From positions 39,388 to 103,387 of the forward strand of contig JAUIIO010000013.1 of NCBI GenBank assembly GCA_030431715.1: a stretch of 64,000 nucleotides of DNA, read 5' to 3'. Both the position numbers and the translations under genes were made by a program. Origin of the DNA: a bacterium (GTDB lineage Bacteria; Bdellovibrionota_C; UBA2361; RFPC01). A model generated the notes under the pieces. That model did not search any database, was not told the DNA's origin, and was given only the letters and a program-made list of their open reading frames with translations. The stretch's first letter is position 1. Each line of letters opens with the position of its first letter. This document shows, in pieces, positions 45,401-55,410 of this stretch.

Positions 45401-46255
45401 CTAAGGACGGATGAATTCAATCTCGGTATCGTCGGGGATCAGTCCATATTCCATGGCTTTGCCAAGGAAGAGTTGAATTGATCTCATTCCGTCTTCGCCG
45501 ATGTCTAGTGTCAGATCATTAACGTACATTCCAACAAAGATATCGGCTTCTTCCCTTGAGATGCCTCGACCGTAAGTCATGGCGTAGTCAAGTGCCTTGT
45601 CCCGATTCTTAAGAGAGTAGTCGATACTCTTGTAAAGAGCGGTCGCTGTAGCGCGAATAGCTTCTTCGCCGAGAGACTTTCGTACAACATTTACTCCGAG
45701 TGGGAGTGGTAAACCAGTTTCGTCCCACCACCATTTACCTAAATCAAGAATAAGCTGTAGCCCCTCACGGTCGTGTGTTATCTGGCCCTCGTGGATAATA
45801 ATTCCACAGTCAACATCACCAGAACGTACGGCTTCTGTAACTTTATCAAAATCAATATTAACAAGCTCAGCCTCGATACCGTTCTCTTTCATATAGAGTT
45901 GAAGTGAAAGGGCGGCGGAGGTGCGTTCTCCAGGGATTGCAATTTTACGTTTTTTACCATCAGTAAGGCTCATGGGCTCCATGGCAACAACTCGTGGCCC
46001 GTAGTCCTTGCCACCCATGGAAGCTCCGCAGGTAAGGATTGCGTATTGGCTCTTCAGGTAAGCATACGCATGGACAGATACCGCTGTGAAATCGAGCTCT
46101 CCACGGATGGTCCGCTGGTTAAGAGTTTCGATATCAGAGAGATCGTGTTCGAAGGCGTAGTCAGGATGCTCAACAGCGCCCTGTGTGAGGCCATAAAACA
46201 TGAAAGCGTCGTCAGCGTCAGGAGAATGAAAGATGGTAATAGTTTGTTTTGACAT
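45401..46255 (-). CDS. MqnA/MqnD-family menaquinone (futalosine pathway) biosynthesis protein
   Basis: ITIFHSPDADDAFMFYGL...LDFTAVSVHAYAYL resembles the periplasmic-binding-protein-like MqnA/MqnD fold family. The start is uncertain: 46255, or the track start at 46303. Confidence 0.55.
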   Translation of the reverse strand: MSKQTITIFHSPDADDAFMFYGLTQGAVEHPDYAFEHDLSDIETLNQRTIRGELDFTAVSVHAYAYLKSQYAILTCGASMGGKDYGPRVVAMEPMSLTDGKKRKIAIPGERTSAALSLQLYMKENGIEAELVNIDFDKVTEAVRSGDVDCGIIIHEGQITHDREGLQLILDLGKWWWDETGLPLPLGVNVVRKSLGEEAIRATATALYKSIDYSLKNRDKALDYAMTYGRGISREEADIFVGMYVNDLTLDIGEDGMRSIQLFLGKAMEYGLIPDDTEIEFIRP

Positions 46256-46295
46256 ATGCTTTGATTTATAGAAGAGCGCGAGTATAGTCAAGTTT

Positions 46296-47408
46296 ATGGC
46301 CACGCTGGAAGATATCTACCGTAAGAGTCGTCTCTGTGAGCGAATCTCCGCGCAGGAGGCTCTGCTTTTGTATGAGTCTGGGGACCTCCTTGAGCTTGGA
46401 AAGCTTGCTGATTCATATAGGCAGCACCTCATCCCCGGCAATCGCGTTAGTTACCTTATCGATAGAAACATCAATTACACCAATGTCTGTAATAGCGACT
46501 GTTCTTTTTGTGGATTTTATCGTCACGACCCTAAGCATCCAGAAAGTTATGTGCTTTCTCGTGATGAGATAGAGCAAAAGGTATCAGAGGCAATTGAATT
46601 AGGCGCAACTCGCATTCTCTTACAAGGAGGACATAACGATGAGCTTCCCTTTAGCTTCTATGTCGATCTTATTACGTGGCTACACGATACGTTTAATATT
46701 GAACTCAACTGTTTCTCTCCTTCAGAGATACATCAGATGCATCTAGTAAGTGGTGAGTCATACCGTCATATCCTTACTCGCTTGCAGGAAGCCGGGATGC
46801 GAGGCCTACCCGGGGGAGGCGCTGAGCTCCTTGATGATGATGTTAGAAAAAGAGTAAGCCCTAAAAAGATAAGAAGCGGTGTTTGGCTTGAGGTTATGAG
46901 TATTGCTCAAGAGCTTGGACTCACGACAACAGCTACGATGGTCATTGGCTTTGGCGAAACTCTTGAGCAGCGCATAAATCACCTGAGGAAGCTAAGAGAC
47001 CTTCAGGATGAATCTCTTTCAAAAGGGCATACTGGTTTTAACGCATTTATCTCATGGCCACTTCAGCACAACGAGAACACCTCAATGGGGCGAAGCAGGT
47101 TACGTGAGAACTACGGGGCGGACTCACTACAGTATTTAAGGAACGTAGCAGTGAGTAGGCTTTTTCTTGATAATATCATCCATCATCAGGCGAGTTGGCC
47201 TACCCTTGGAATTGAGACAGGGAAGATGGCGCTCCTATTTGGATGTGATGATTTTGGCAGTACGATGATGGAAGAAAATGTCGTGTCAAAAGCAGGCGCT
47301 CTTACCCAGAACAAATGGGAGATGAGTCCTGAGGAGCTAAGGAGTGTTATCACCGACGCGGGCTTTTCCCCGGTTCAACGTGACTCTTCTTATGCCTATA
47401 GAGTTTAA
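46296..47408 (+). CDS. Radical SAM enzyme of the MqnC/MqnE/CofH family
   Basis: NYTNVCNSDCSFCGFYR is the CxxxCxxC cluster. The TIM-barrel length and the divergent arrangement next to the MqnA/D-like gene also fit. Confidence 0.7.
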   Translation: MATLEDIYRKSRLCERISAQEALLLYESGDLLELGKLADSYRQHLIPGNRVSYLIDRNINYTNVCNSDCSFCGFYRHDPKHPESYVLSRDEIEQKVSEAIELGATRILLQGGHNDELPFSFYVDLITWLHDTFNIELNCFSPSEIHQMHLVSGESYRHILTRLQEAGMRGLPGGGAELLDDDVRKRVSPKKIRSGVWLEVMSIAQELGLTTTATMVIGFGETLEQRINHLRKLRDLQDESLSKGHTGFNAFISWPLQHNENTSMGRSRLRENYGADSLQYLRNVAVSRLFLDNIIHHQASWPTLGIETGKMALLFGCDDFGSTMMEENVVSKAGALTQNKWEMSPEELRSVITDAGFSPVQRDSSYAYRV

Positions 47409-48202
47409 TGAAGTATTGTGGCTCTCTGGTATATGTTTGTAGAGCAACACTCTTGAAAGCCAAGTTTTTTATAGAGGCCAAGTCCTTGCTCGGTGGCATA
47501 AAGAGTTATGAACTCTGGATCCATGGTCATCTTTGCATAGCTTAGAGCTGACTCTGTCACCGCCAGACCGAATCCTTTTCTCATTGCCTCAGGCTTTACG
47601 GCGACGTTAGCGAGACTTGGTACTTCTGGTCCCCAGAAGAGCGAGCAGGCCGCAACTGGCTTATTCTGCTCGTACAGGAGAAAATGTTCCCAGAGGCTTT
47701 CAGGGCCAAATCCGGCAGCGAGGTGCATTTCAAACCACGGGTAAAACCAATCTGGACCGAATTGATATGAAGAAGCTACGACCCTAGTCCATTCTAGGAG
47801 TTCCTCTTCAGAATCGACAGTAACGACCTCTGACTGTCTACCGCGAGTACTCTCCCAGTTTGAGAGGTCACGTACCATTCCTTGTGTAGAGCCTAAAAAG
47901 TAGTAGTGATATTTTCTAAGAAGCTCTTGTGAGGGGGTGCATTCTCCCGGAACCATCCATGCTAGTGGTATGTCACTGTCAGGAAGGTTTTCCTCGATGC
48001 TCATTAGGTAGCTTTCACAGAGAGGAGATTCAGGATCGAGCTCAACGATAGTGTTAAAAATTGGGGACTGAATGGTTGAGGTAAACCAAAAACTGTTTCG
48101 GTCAAAATGCATATTAAGCCCTGACCAGTTCTTCCAGCTAAGGCACCCTAAGGAGGCATTTTCTCGTATTGTGGTAATGAGTTTCTGTTCAGTCATCTTC
48201 AA
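47405..48202 (-). CDS. GNAT-family N-acetyltransferase
   Basis: VAVKPEAMRKGFGLAVTESAL is an acetyl-CoA-binding R/Q-x-x-G-x-G/A motif. Confidence 0.6.
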   Translation of the reverse strand: MKMTEQKLITTIRENASLGCLSWKNWSGLNMHFDRNSFWFTSTIQSPIFNTIVELDPESPLCESYLMSIEENLPDSDIPLAWMVPGECTPSQELLRKYHYYFLGSTQGMVRDLSNWESTRGRQSEVVTVDSEEELLEWTRVVASSYQFGPDWFYPWFEMHLAAGFGPESLWEHFLLYEQNKPVAACSLFWGPEVPSLANVAVKPEAMRKGFGLAVTESALSYAKMTMDPEFITLYATEQGLGLYKKLGFQECCSTNIYQRATILH

Positions 48203-48449
48203 GGAGCGCTTTTATTCGATCTTCATCCAGTCGGGCCGTTTGTGCTTCAAAGGTTCGACTATCAATCTTTGATGTGAGCTCCTTAAGAAGAGACTCAGCT
48301 TCTTCGATACTGCCCGTTTCGGGCTTTGTGTTGGCGATGCTTGAGTCCTGATCTTCTGTGGTTTTTTGAGTGGTCTGTGGTTCCTTACCCTCGCGTTTTA
48401 TGCTCTTATGGGTGACGGCTCCTGATTGTATGCGATCTATTTCTGACAT
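48189..48449 (-). CDS. Small acidic hypothetical protein
   Basis: It is 86 aa and overlaps the GNAT start by 14 nt. I could not assign a family. Confidence 0.35.
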   Translation of the reverse strand: MSEIDRIQSGAVTHKSIKREGKEPQTTQKTTEDQDSSIANTKPETGSIEEAESLLKELTSKIDSRTFEAQTARLDEDRIKALLEDD

Positions 48450-48633
48450 AGCTTGCCCCGTGGGTGTTATTTCTCGTACATCTTTAAGATGCGTAATCTG
48501 CGAGGAAGGCTTTAAAAGGAAAGCGCAGTCATTTCAGGATGTTGCGAGAATTGCGACGCCTATATTTGGGCCTTGAATGCCTCGACACCAGTCTTGGAAC
48601 GGTGTATCTTCTGCTTTTAGGAAAAAAAGACGC

Positions 48634-50451
48634 ATGAATATATTAGGAATTTCAGCTTTTTATCACGATAGTGCCGCTTGTCTGGTTACCGATGGCGATA
48701 TACGTGCCGCAGCGCAAGAGGAGCGTTTCACCCGCAAGAAACACGACTTCTCGTTCCCCAAAAACGCTGTGCAGTATTGTCTCGATTCTCAGGGGATTAA
48801 GATCACGGATGTCGACTACGTCGTTTTCTACGATAAGCCAGTTCTAAAATTTGAAAGACTTCTTGAAACGTATCTTACAACTGCCCCCAAGGGGTTCACG
48901 TCATATGCCAAGGCAATGCCCCTTTGGCTTAAGCACAAGTTGTGGATACCGGATACTATTAAGACCGAGCTTGGTTATGAGGGCGAGATCCTCTTTACCG
49001 AACACCATCAGAGCCATGCCGGTAGCGCATTTTATCCATCGCCCTTTAAAGATGCTGCTATTCTTACCATTGATGGTGTGGGTGAGTGGACAACAAATAG
49101 CCTCGGAGTTGGAAACGGAAATACCTTTTCTATTACCAAGGATATTAAGTTTCCACATTCACTCGGACTTCTCTATTCAGCCTTTACCTATTTCACTGGA
49201 TTTAAGGTAAACTCAGGTGAGTATAAAGTTATGGGTCTTGCCCCGTACGGTGAGCCAAAATACGCGCAGACTATTTATGATAATCTGCTAGATCTCAAAG
49301 AAGATGGCTCATTCCATCTGAACCTTAAGTACTTTAACTACATGTCTGGGCTGACTATGACCAATGAGCACTTCGCTGAGCTCTTTGATGGTCCAAGACG
49401 CAAACCAGAAACTCCACTTGCTCAACGTGAAATGGACCTTGCTCGCTCGATTCAAGAAGTAGTTGAAGAGGTCATGTTGCGTCAGTCTCGCTTCCTGCAC
49501 AAAGAGACAGGTCTTGATAATCTTTGTCTAGCTGGTGGCGTGGCTCTTAACTGTGTTGGTAACGGTCGCGTTCTTAGAGAGGGGCCGTTTAAGAATCTTT
49601 GGATTCAACCTGCAGCAGGTGATGCCGGCGGTGCGCTTGGAGCAGCGCTCTGTGTGTGGTACGGCTATTTAAATAACGAGCGTAAGACCGATGGCAAGAA
49701 AGATCTTCAGCATGCTTCTCTTATCGGACCTTCTTATAAAGACAACGAAATCGAAGAGCAGCTTAAGGAGATCGGAGCGGTATACAAGCGCTTTGATGAC
49801 ACGCACCTTTACGATGCCGTAGCTGATATTCTCAGTGAAGAGAAAGTTATAGGTTGGTTCCAAGGGCGAATGGAGTTTGGTCCACGCGCACTTGGAAATA
49901 GAAGCATTATAGGCGACCCACGGTCTTCTGAGATGCAAACGAAGATGAACCTGAAGATTAAGTACCGAGAGTCTTTCAGGCCATTTGCTCCCGCAGTACT
50001 TCGTGAGGATGTATCTGAGTACTTTGAACATGACACGGATTCTCCTTATATGCTTCTGGTTGCGCCTGTTAAAGAGAGCAGACGTAAAGAGATGACGGAA
50101 GAGCAGCAAAAGCTCTTTGGGATAGCGAAGCTTAAGATTCCACGTTCTGATATTCCGGCGGTTACGCACGTAGATTACTCTGCGCGTATTCAAACCGTGA
50201 GTGAGGATCAGAACAAGCCGTTTTATGAGCTTCTAAAAGCATTCAAGCAGAAGACAGATTGCTCAGTCTTAGTTAATACCAGTTTTAATGTACGTGGAGA
50301 GCCAATTGTATGTACTCCAAAGGATGCTTACACCTGCTTTATGCGCACTGAGATGGATTATCTCGTGGTGGGTAACTACGTGATGAAGAAAGAAGATCAA
50401 CCGAAATGGCAGGAGAAGGAAAATTGGCGGGAAACATTCGAGCTCGATTAG
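48634..50451 (+). CDS. Carbamoyltransferase (NodU/CmcH family)
   Basis: MNILGISAFYHDSAACLVTDGDIRAAAQEERFTRKKHD is the N-terminal Kae1/HypF-like domain. The C-terminal part shows NTSFNVRGEPIV. I prefer the start at 48634; the track start is 48577. Confidence 0.85.
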   Translation: MNILGISAFYHDSAACLVTDGDIRAAAQEERFTRKKHDFSFPKNAVQYCLDSQGIKITDVDYVVFYDKPVLKFERLLETYLTTAPKGFTSYAKAMPLWLKHKLWIPDTIKTELGYEGEILFTEHHQSHAGSAFYPSPFKDAAILTIDGVGEWTTNSLGVGNGNTFSITKDIKFPHSLGLLYSAFTYFTGFKVNSGEYKVMGLAPYGEPKYAQTIYDNLLDLKEDGSFHLNLKYFNYMSGLTMTNEHFAELFDGPRRKPETPLAQREMDLARSIQEVVEEVMLRQSRFLHKETGLDNLCLAGGVALNCVGNGRVLREGPFKNLWIQPAAGDAGGALGAALCVWYGYLNNERKTDGKKDLQHASLIGPSYKDNEIEEQLKEIGAVYKRFDDTHLYDAVADILSEEKVIGWFQGRMEFGPRALGNRSIIGDPRSSEMQTKMNLKIKYRESFRPFAPAVLREDVSEYFEHDTDSPYMLLVAPVKESRRKEMTEEQQKLFGIAKLKIPRSDIPAVTHVDYSARIQTVSEDQNKPFYELLKAFKQKTDCSVLVNTSFNVRGEPIVCTPKDAYTCFMRTEMDYLVVGNYVMKKEDQPKWQEKENWRETFELD

Positions 50452-50495
50452 ACGAGTCACAAGAAGTAAACACAGAGAAAAAGGGCACACCTGAG

Positions 50496-50969
50496 ATGAC
50501 GCTCATAAAAGATGACTCGAAAGCGGGAGCTTCGAAGAAAAAGGCTTCAGTACTTGAAGAGAATTATTACGGAAAGCCAAAGCGTATCCATGTTCAGGAG
50601 TTCGCTTGCATCTTTGCTATCATTGCCTTTGCTGTTGCCGGGTATAAGCTTTACTACTATGCCGATATCCCCTATGCGAGTGTTGCCTCTCTTATTGGGG
50701 CTGCGCTCGTGTTACTTGGCTACCGTGCCCCAATCGTACTTTACCCTCTTTGGAAGGGCTGGATGGCTCTAGCTCATGTCCTTGGAACGTGTATGACGTT
50801 CCTTATTCTTTCTGCGATGTGGTTTGTAGTTGCTCTTCCTATTGCCGTAATACTAAAAGTCATCGGCAAGAAGGTGATGGATCTCCGATACGATCAGAAA
50901 CTCACAACGTACTGGGAGGATCGTCCTGAGAAGTACCACGATTTTAAACTTCTAGAGCGTCAGTTTTAG
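50496..50969 (+). CDS. Small membrane protein downstream of the carbamoyltransferase (possibly SxtJ-like)
   Basis: It has three or four TM segments and sits immediately 3' of the carbamoyltransferase. The SxtJ resemblance rests only on gene context and size as I remember them. An alternative start lies at 50406. Confidence 0.35.
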   Translation: MTLIKDDSKAGASKKKASVLEENYYGKPKRIHVQEFACIFAIIAFAVAGYKLYYYADIPYASVASLIGAALVLLGYRAPIVLYPLWKGWMALAHVLGTCMTFLILSAMWFVVALPIAVILKVIGKKVMDLRYDQKLTTYWEDRPEKYHDFKLLERQF

Positions 50970-51045
50970 TTGTTTTCCATCATTGGCGTTCAAAGATATT
51001 GCTAAAAATAAGCGATTTTGAGCAATCGCAATGGGATCCTGAGGA

Positions 51046-51549
51046 TTAGGCTGATTCCCTGTAGCCGAGCTTTTCGCTCTCTGGCTGGTAGTTCTCGTGT
51101 CCAAATCCTGCTTGATCGAGATTCTTCATGGTTTGTACGAGCCTCTCATGCGCTTGATAGATATCAGCTTGGTAAATTGCAGTTGAGCACTGCATTGCGA
51201 GACGGTAGTTAAGTGGAGTCTCCTTTTTTCCGACCATTTCATTATTAGCTCTTTTTAACAGGGCAGGTTCGCGAGTTTCGTAAAAGTTGATAACAGTATC
51301 CCAAGATTTCTGAGCTTGTCGCAGGGCCCGTTTTTGCACTGGTGTGAGAGGTTCGGCCTCGTCTTTATGTGAACCAAGCCTGAGGATCATCGGCACTCGG
51401 CTCATCATCTCATTAAGAGGAATTTCATAAGCTATCAGGTTGCGATAGTAATCAATCGGACAATCTCTGTCGCTTACACTGAAAGAAAGAAATTGAAGGG
51501 TCTCGCCGGCAGATCCTGAATCCTGCTGAGCATCTGTCGAGTACTTCAT
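51046..51549 (-). CDS. Hypothetical protein
   Basis: This is an ORF only. Confidence 0.4.
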   Translation of the reverse strand: MKYSTDAQQDSGSAGETLQFLSFSVSDRDCPIDYYRNLIAYEIPLNEMMSRVPMILRLGSHKDEAEPLTPVQKRALRQAQKSWDTVINFYETREPALLKRANNEMVGKKETPLNYRLAMQCSTAIYQADIYQAHERLVQTMKNLDQAGFGHENYQPESEKLGYRESA

Positions 51550-51643
51550 AGAGCGTTATCTAATTCGATTCTTATGAAGTATGCAAGGAAAATATTATAT
51601 TGAGGTCGATTTTTGTTATGGGAGAGCAGGGCGATGTGGAGTT

Positions 51644-53677
51644 TTAGAATCTGCGGCGTAACTCATAGAATTTATGCGTGTGTGGAAACACGATCTCCAT
51701 AAGATCTATCTCAGTAACTCGCAGGTCAGACTCGATGAAATGAACCGGACCTTCTAAGGAGTCGCGCCCTACCAATTCATAGCGTGTATAAGGGGTAAGG
51801 CTAGAAGTTGTCAGTTTCAATTCGTCTTCAGACATGAACTCAATCTTTGTGCCGTACGGCTTTGCCAGCGGTTCACCGATAAAGATCCCTTCGCCAGGCA
51901 TCTTTACGGACTTCCAATAAGCCTCAAGTACTGTGTTTCCAGCAAGATACGACTTTACAAAGATACTCATACGAGGAAACTTTTCGGTAAAATTACACGG
52001 CTCAACCACGGTGCCAAAGCTCGCAGTTGCTCCAGCCTCAAGCCATTTGAGTGCCTTCATCTGACCGCCACTCTCGGTAATTCTGCCGCCAAAAGAGGTC
52101 AAGTGATCCGCTACTGCGCCGGGTAAGAACGTGTTCGTATCGATGTCAGGTACATTAGTAAGACCTGTGAAGTAGAAAAGCATATCTTCTCGGTTCTCGA
52201 ACGCGTTGCCCTCGGGGTGATTATTCGTACTATTATCGACATACGTTGTGTTTATAATGTTTTGGTCATAAAAATAGCCAAGATTGTAATAGAGAAAGTC
52301 ATGATATCTTACACTTCGAGCCTCATCAGTCGTGCGTATCATATATCCACGACCCCTTGGAAATGTCTTATCAGCCGAAGCGCCAGTTCCAATGAGGTTT
52401 AAAACATTTTGAGTGTCTGTCCCGGCGAGCATCATAGTTGGTCTGATACTATGACTTGTAAATGGTGTAGAAGATGAGGAGTAGTGGTAGCCCACTATCG
52501 CGGAACGCTGACAACCCGTTCCTTCGGCCTTACAATATTTCGTGTCAAATCCAAGAGCAAAGGCGCTTGTAATTGACATGCAATCAACTCGCCACGGGGT
52601 GGTAAATGTGAGTGCATAAGCCTGAACATGTGCAGGAGTCTTACTTTGTACATCCTGATAGACAGTTTCAAAGTCAGTTCGTGAAATATTTGTAGAGCCT
52701 GTTGGGAATGTAGTCCTTATAACATTCTCTTCGGGAATGTTCCGAGCGAGCTGATAAGCTTCTGCAACTGCAACAGATTGGGGATCACTGGTGTTAACGA
52801 TGAGTGCGAGCTCGCGATGATCGATAGAGTTTCTAGGAGACATCAGTACAGCAGAGCTGCCGCTTGCGGCTTCAGATGCAATCTGCACCTCTTTATCGGC
52901 AATTGAATATGAAGTTTCACAGGAAGTTACATTAAAATCAGTGCAGGTTTTGCTACAGGTTAGCATTCCGCCTGAGAGCCCGAGATTCATATTTGAGCAC
53001 GTTGCTCCTTGAAGTATATCGTCAGCTGTTCCACATATAGTATCGGCTCCGCATTCACAAACTTCGGCTCCAGAGATTCTACCATCACCACAAACAGTTG
53101 GCTGAATATCATCGTCGCATGCATCTCCTTCACCATCACTATTCCAGTCACGCTGACCTAAGTTTGATACCAAGGGGCAGTTGTCTATTTGGTCATCGAT
53201 ACCATCTCCATCACTATCAGACGGCTCTGCTGGAGTGGGTTCAGCGGTAGGTTGAGGGGATGAGATTGGCAACTCAATAAAAGCTTCAGCTTCCTCGCAT
53301 GCAGTAAGATAGATACTTCGAAACTTTTGAAGTCTCTTTCGTTTTTTCTTTACCCTATTCTGAATCACGATCCGTGATAGGGGAGTGACACCCTTTCTCA
53401 TGCGTTTTCTGAGGCGCTTAATCTTCTTTTTATCTAGCGCTTTTTGAGTAGTAAATGTCTGGTTAGCACCCAATCGACCGACGTAGATAGTTCCACCATC
53501 ATCGTAGCAGTCAATTGATCTTACTCTCCCGGAAGGAAGTGTTGCCTCAACTGAGTAGGCACTTTGGACGGTGTCAGATTCTGCTGAAAGAGTAGAGGGA
53601 TTCGGGATTGCATGAAGAGCCTCAGGCAGGGTAACTGCGATGAGTAAGAAAATATGTAGAATCAGTTGTTTACGCAC
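51644..53677 (-). CDS. Secreted multidomain protein: K/R-rich module, thrombospondin type-3 repeat, myxococcal-type Cys-rich repeat, large C-terminal domain
   Basis: After a signal peptide the K/R module reads KKKIKRLRKRMRKG...KKKRKRLQKFR. The TSP3 repeat is DSDGDGIDDQIDNCPLVSNLGQRDWNSDGEGDACDDD and the Cys-rich repeat is CGDGRISGAEVCECG. The C-terminal 400 aa may be TIGR03790-like, but this is from memory and carries low confidence. Confidence 0.55.
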   Translation of the reverse strand: MRKQLILHIFLLIAVTLPEALHAIPNPSTLSAESDTVQSAYSVEATLPSGRVRSIDCYDDGGTIYVGRLGANQTFTTQKALDKKKIKRLRKRMRKGVTPLSRIVIQNRVKKKRKRLQKFRSIYLTACEEAEAFIELPISSPQPTAEPTPAEPSDSDGDGIDDQIDNCPLVSNLGQRDWNSDGEGDACDDDIQPTVCGDGRISGAEVCECGADTICGTADDILQGATCSNMNLGLSGGMLTCSKTCTDFNVTSCETSYSIADKEVQIASEAASGSSAVLMSPRNSIDHRELALIVNTSDPQSVAVAEAYQLARNIPEENVIRTTFPTGSTNISRTDFETVYQDVQSKTPAHVQAYALTFTTPWRVDCMSITSAFALGFDTKYCKAEGTGCQRSAIVGYHYSSSSTPFTSHSIRPTMMLAGTDTQNVLNLIGTGASADKTFPRGRGYMIRTTDEARSVRYHDFLYYNLGYFYDQNIINTTYVDNSTNNHPEGNAFENREDMLFYFTGLTNVPDIDTNTFLPGAVADHLTSFGGRITESGGQMKALKWLEAGATASFGTVVEPCNFTEKFPRMSIFVKSYLAGNTVLEAYWKSVKMPGEGIFIGEPLAKPYGTKIEFMSEDELKLTTSSLTPYTRYELVGRDSLEGPVHFIESDLRVTEIDLMEIVFPHTHKFYELRRRF

Positions 53678-53874
53678 AATAGCACCTTCTAACCACTTAT
53701 CGGGGGTATGGGAGTTTTTGCTTCTAGTCTAGAAGAGCAAGGAAGGTGCCGTTTGTGTCTGTAATTATTGGTGTTTTAGGCTTTTTACGAAGAGCCTTCT
53801 CCTTTTTTTCTTAGAAGAGGCGTTACCAGCTATGTCTGCGGATTCACGAGTCCAGCAGAGATTTCACTGAACAA

Positions 53875-54534
53875 TCAGGTAAAGATATTCGTGGCAGGTT
53901 TGTTCACCTGCGATTTTAGAAGTGATAGAAAGTTTTGACGGGGAACTTCTTGAACCCCGAACTGGGAAAGCAGTGGCGTTTTTACCTGACAGTCTAGCCA
54001 CGGGATATTATGTGCTCGTAGCTTTTCAATAAGGAAAAAGAGGCAGAGCTTTGAAGCATTTGGTTTTCTGTAGAACATAGATTCCCCGGAGTACATCTTT
54101 CCGATAGTCACTCCGTAAAGTCCTCCCACGAGTTCACCGTCGAGTGAGCACTCTACACTGTAAGCGTAACCGGCTTTAAAGAGCTGGCAGTATCCTTGAA
54201 TAATTTCATCAGTAATCCAAGTCCCGGGTTGATCGCCTCGGTTCAAAAGTTCAGAGCAGCGCATGATGACTTCTTCAAAGTGAAGATTAGCCGTGATGGT
54301 ATAAGCGTGCTTGCGTGCAGCCTTTTGTAAGCTCTTTGAGATGTGTGCCTGTTCAGTAAAGAGAAGCGCTCGCTCGGGCGGAGAAAACCAAGTGAGGTAC
54401 TCTGGTGAGAGTGGCCATGGGAAGATACCACTACGGTAGGCAAGCAGAAGACTTTCAACTTCTGTATCGCCGCCAAGTGCCAGAAGCCCATTCTCATCGG
54501 CGAGTTCTACATCGGGAAAGGCTGAAATCACCAT
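53875..54534 (-). CDS. aat: Leucyl/phenylalanyl-tRNA--protein transferase
   Basis: GIFPWP...WFSP and GESMFYRKPNASK are LFTR signatures. Confidence 0.85.
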   Translation of the reverse strand: MVISAFPDVELADENGLLALGGDTEVESLLLAYRSGIFPWPLSPEYLTWFSPPERALLFTEQAHISKSLQKAARKHAYTITANLHFEEVIMRCSELLNRGDQPGTWITDEIIQGYCQLFKAGYAYSVECSLDGELVGGLYGVTIGKMYSGESMFYRKPNASKLCLFFLIEKLRAHNIPWLDCQVKTPLLSQFGVQEVPRQNFLSLLKSQVNKPATNIFT

Positions 54535-54614
54535 ATTCGTTCAAGCATTGTAAATGAGTTGGCGTGCGGCTATGCTCACAATATAGGTTGTTCCAATTAC
54601 CGGAAAGGAAAAAA

Positions 54615-55409
54615 ATGAGCGATCAGAAAGCTAAAACATGGGAAGCGCTACAGCTTGCAGCTGAAGATGTCATCTCGCGAGAGCCGCTTCTTGAAGCGTA
54701 CTTACGCACAATTGTACTTGATGCAGATTCGTTTGAGGTCTCTGTCGCGACGCTTCTCGATTCAAAGCTTCAGTACCTATACTTCAAGAGAGATCTGTTA
54801 AAAGACATCTTCGCAGAAACACTTGTAGAAAATAGTGAAATTCTTACGGCACTTTGTGCCGACCTTAAAGCTATATGCACACGAGATCCGGCATGTGATC
54901 ATATCCTTACCCCATACATGTATTTTAAGGGATTCCACGCGTTACAGGGCTATCGTCTTTCCAATGCTTTATGGAAAAAAGGACGCAAGGAGATAGCGCT
55001 TAGTATCCAGAGTCGTATAAGTCGAGTTTTTAGTGTCGATATTCATCCGGCAGCGACTATCGGTAAGGGGATACTCATGGATCACGCTACCGGAATTGTG
55101 ATTGGTGAGACAGCAGTTATAGACGATAACGTTTCAATGCTACACGAAGTCACGCTTGGTGGAACAGGAAAGGAGATTGGTGACAGACATCCCAAAATAC
55201 GTTCATGTGTGCTCATTGGAGCGGGCGCGAAGATTCTTGGAAATATTGTAGTAGGGGAAGGCTCGCGTGTTGGGGCAGGGAGCGTAGTTCTTGAGGATGT
55301 GCCTGCGCACTGTACAGTTGCAGGAGTCCCTGCTGTTGTTGTCGGAAAATGCAGTTCAGAACATCCGTCACTAGATATGGACCACTGTCTGAGTCGAAAA
55401 GGGGAGTAG
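54615..55409 (+). CDS. cysE: Serine O-acetyltransferase
   Basis: FKGFHALQGYRLSNALWKKGRKEIA...VDIHPAATIGKGILMDHATGIVIGETAVIDDNVSMLHEVTLGG shows the SATase N-domain plus hexapeptide repeats. Confidence 0.85.
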   Translation: MSDQKAKTWEALQLAAEDVISREPLLEAYLRTIVLDADSFEVSVATLLDSKLQYLYFKRDLLKDIFAETLVENSEILTALCADLKAICTRDPACDHILTPYMYFKGFHALQGYRLSNALWKKGRKEIALSIQSRISRVFSVDIHPAATIGKGILMDHATGIVIGETAVIDDNVSMLHEVTLGGTGKEIGDRHPKIRSCVLIGAGAKILGNIVVGEGSRVGAGSVVLEDVPAHCTVAGVPAVVVGKCSSEHPSLDMDHCLSRKGE

Positions 55410-55410
55410 T

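Noticed and set aside
48189-48449. I considered the 86-aa acidic protein as the anti-sigma-28 factor FlgM.
   Set aside because: Its size and disordered N-terminus fit. However, the C-terminal FlgM pattern (D-x-V-x-LS ... KV-x-x-IK-x-AI-x-x-G-x-Y) is not present, and it sits in an operon with a GNAT rather than with flagellar genes.
49669-50193. A 174-aa Arg-rich ORF lies antisense within the carbamoyltransferase gene.
   Set aside because: It lies inside a confidently identified gene. Its basic low-complexity composition is typical of antisense frames.
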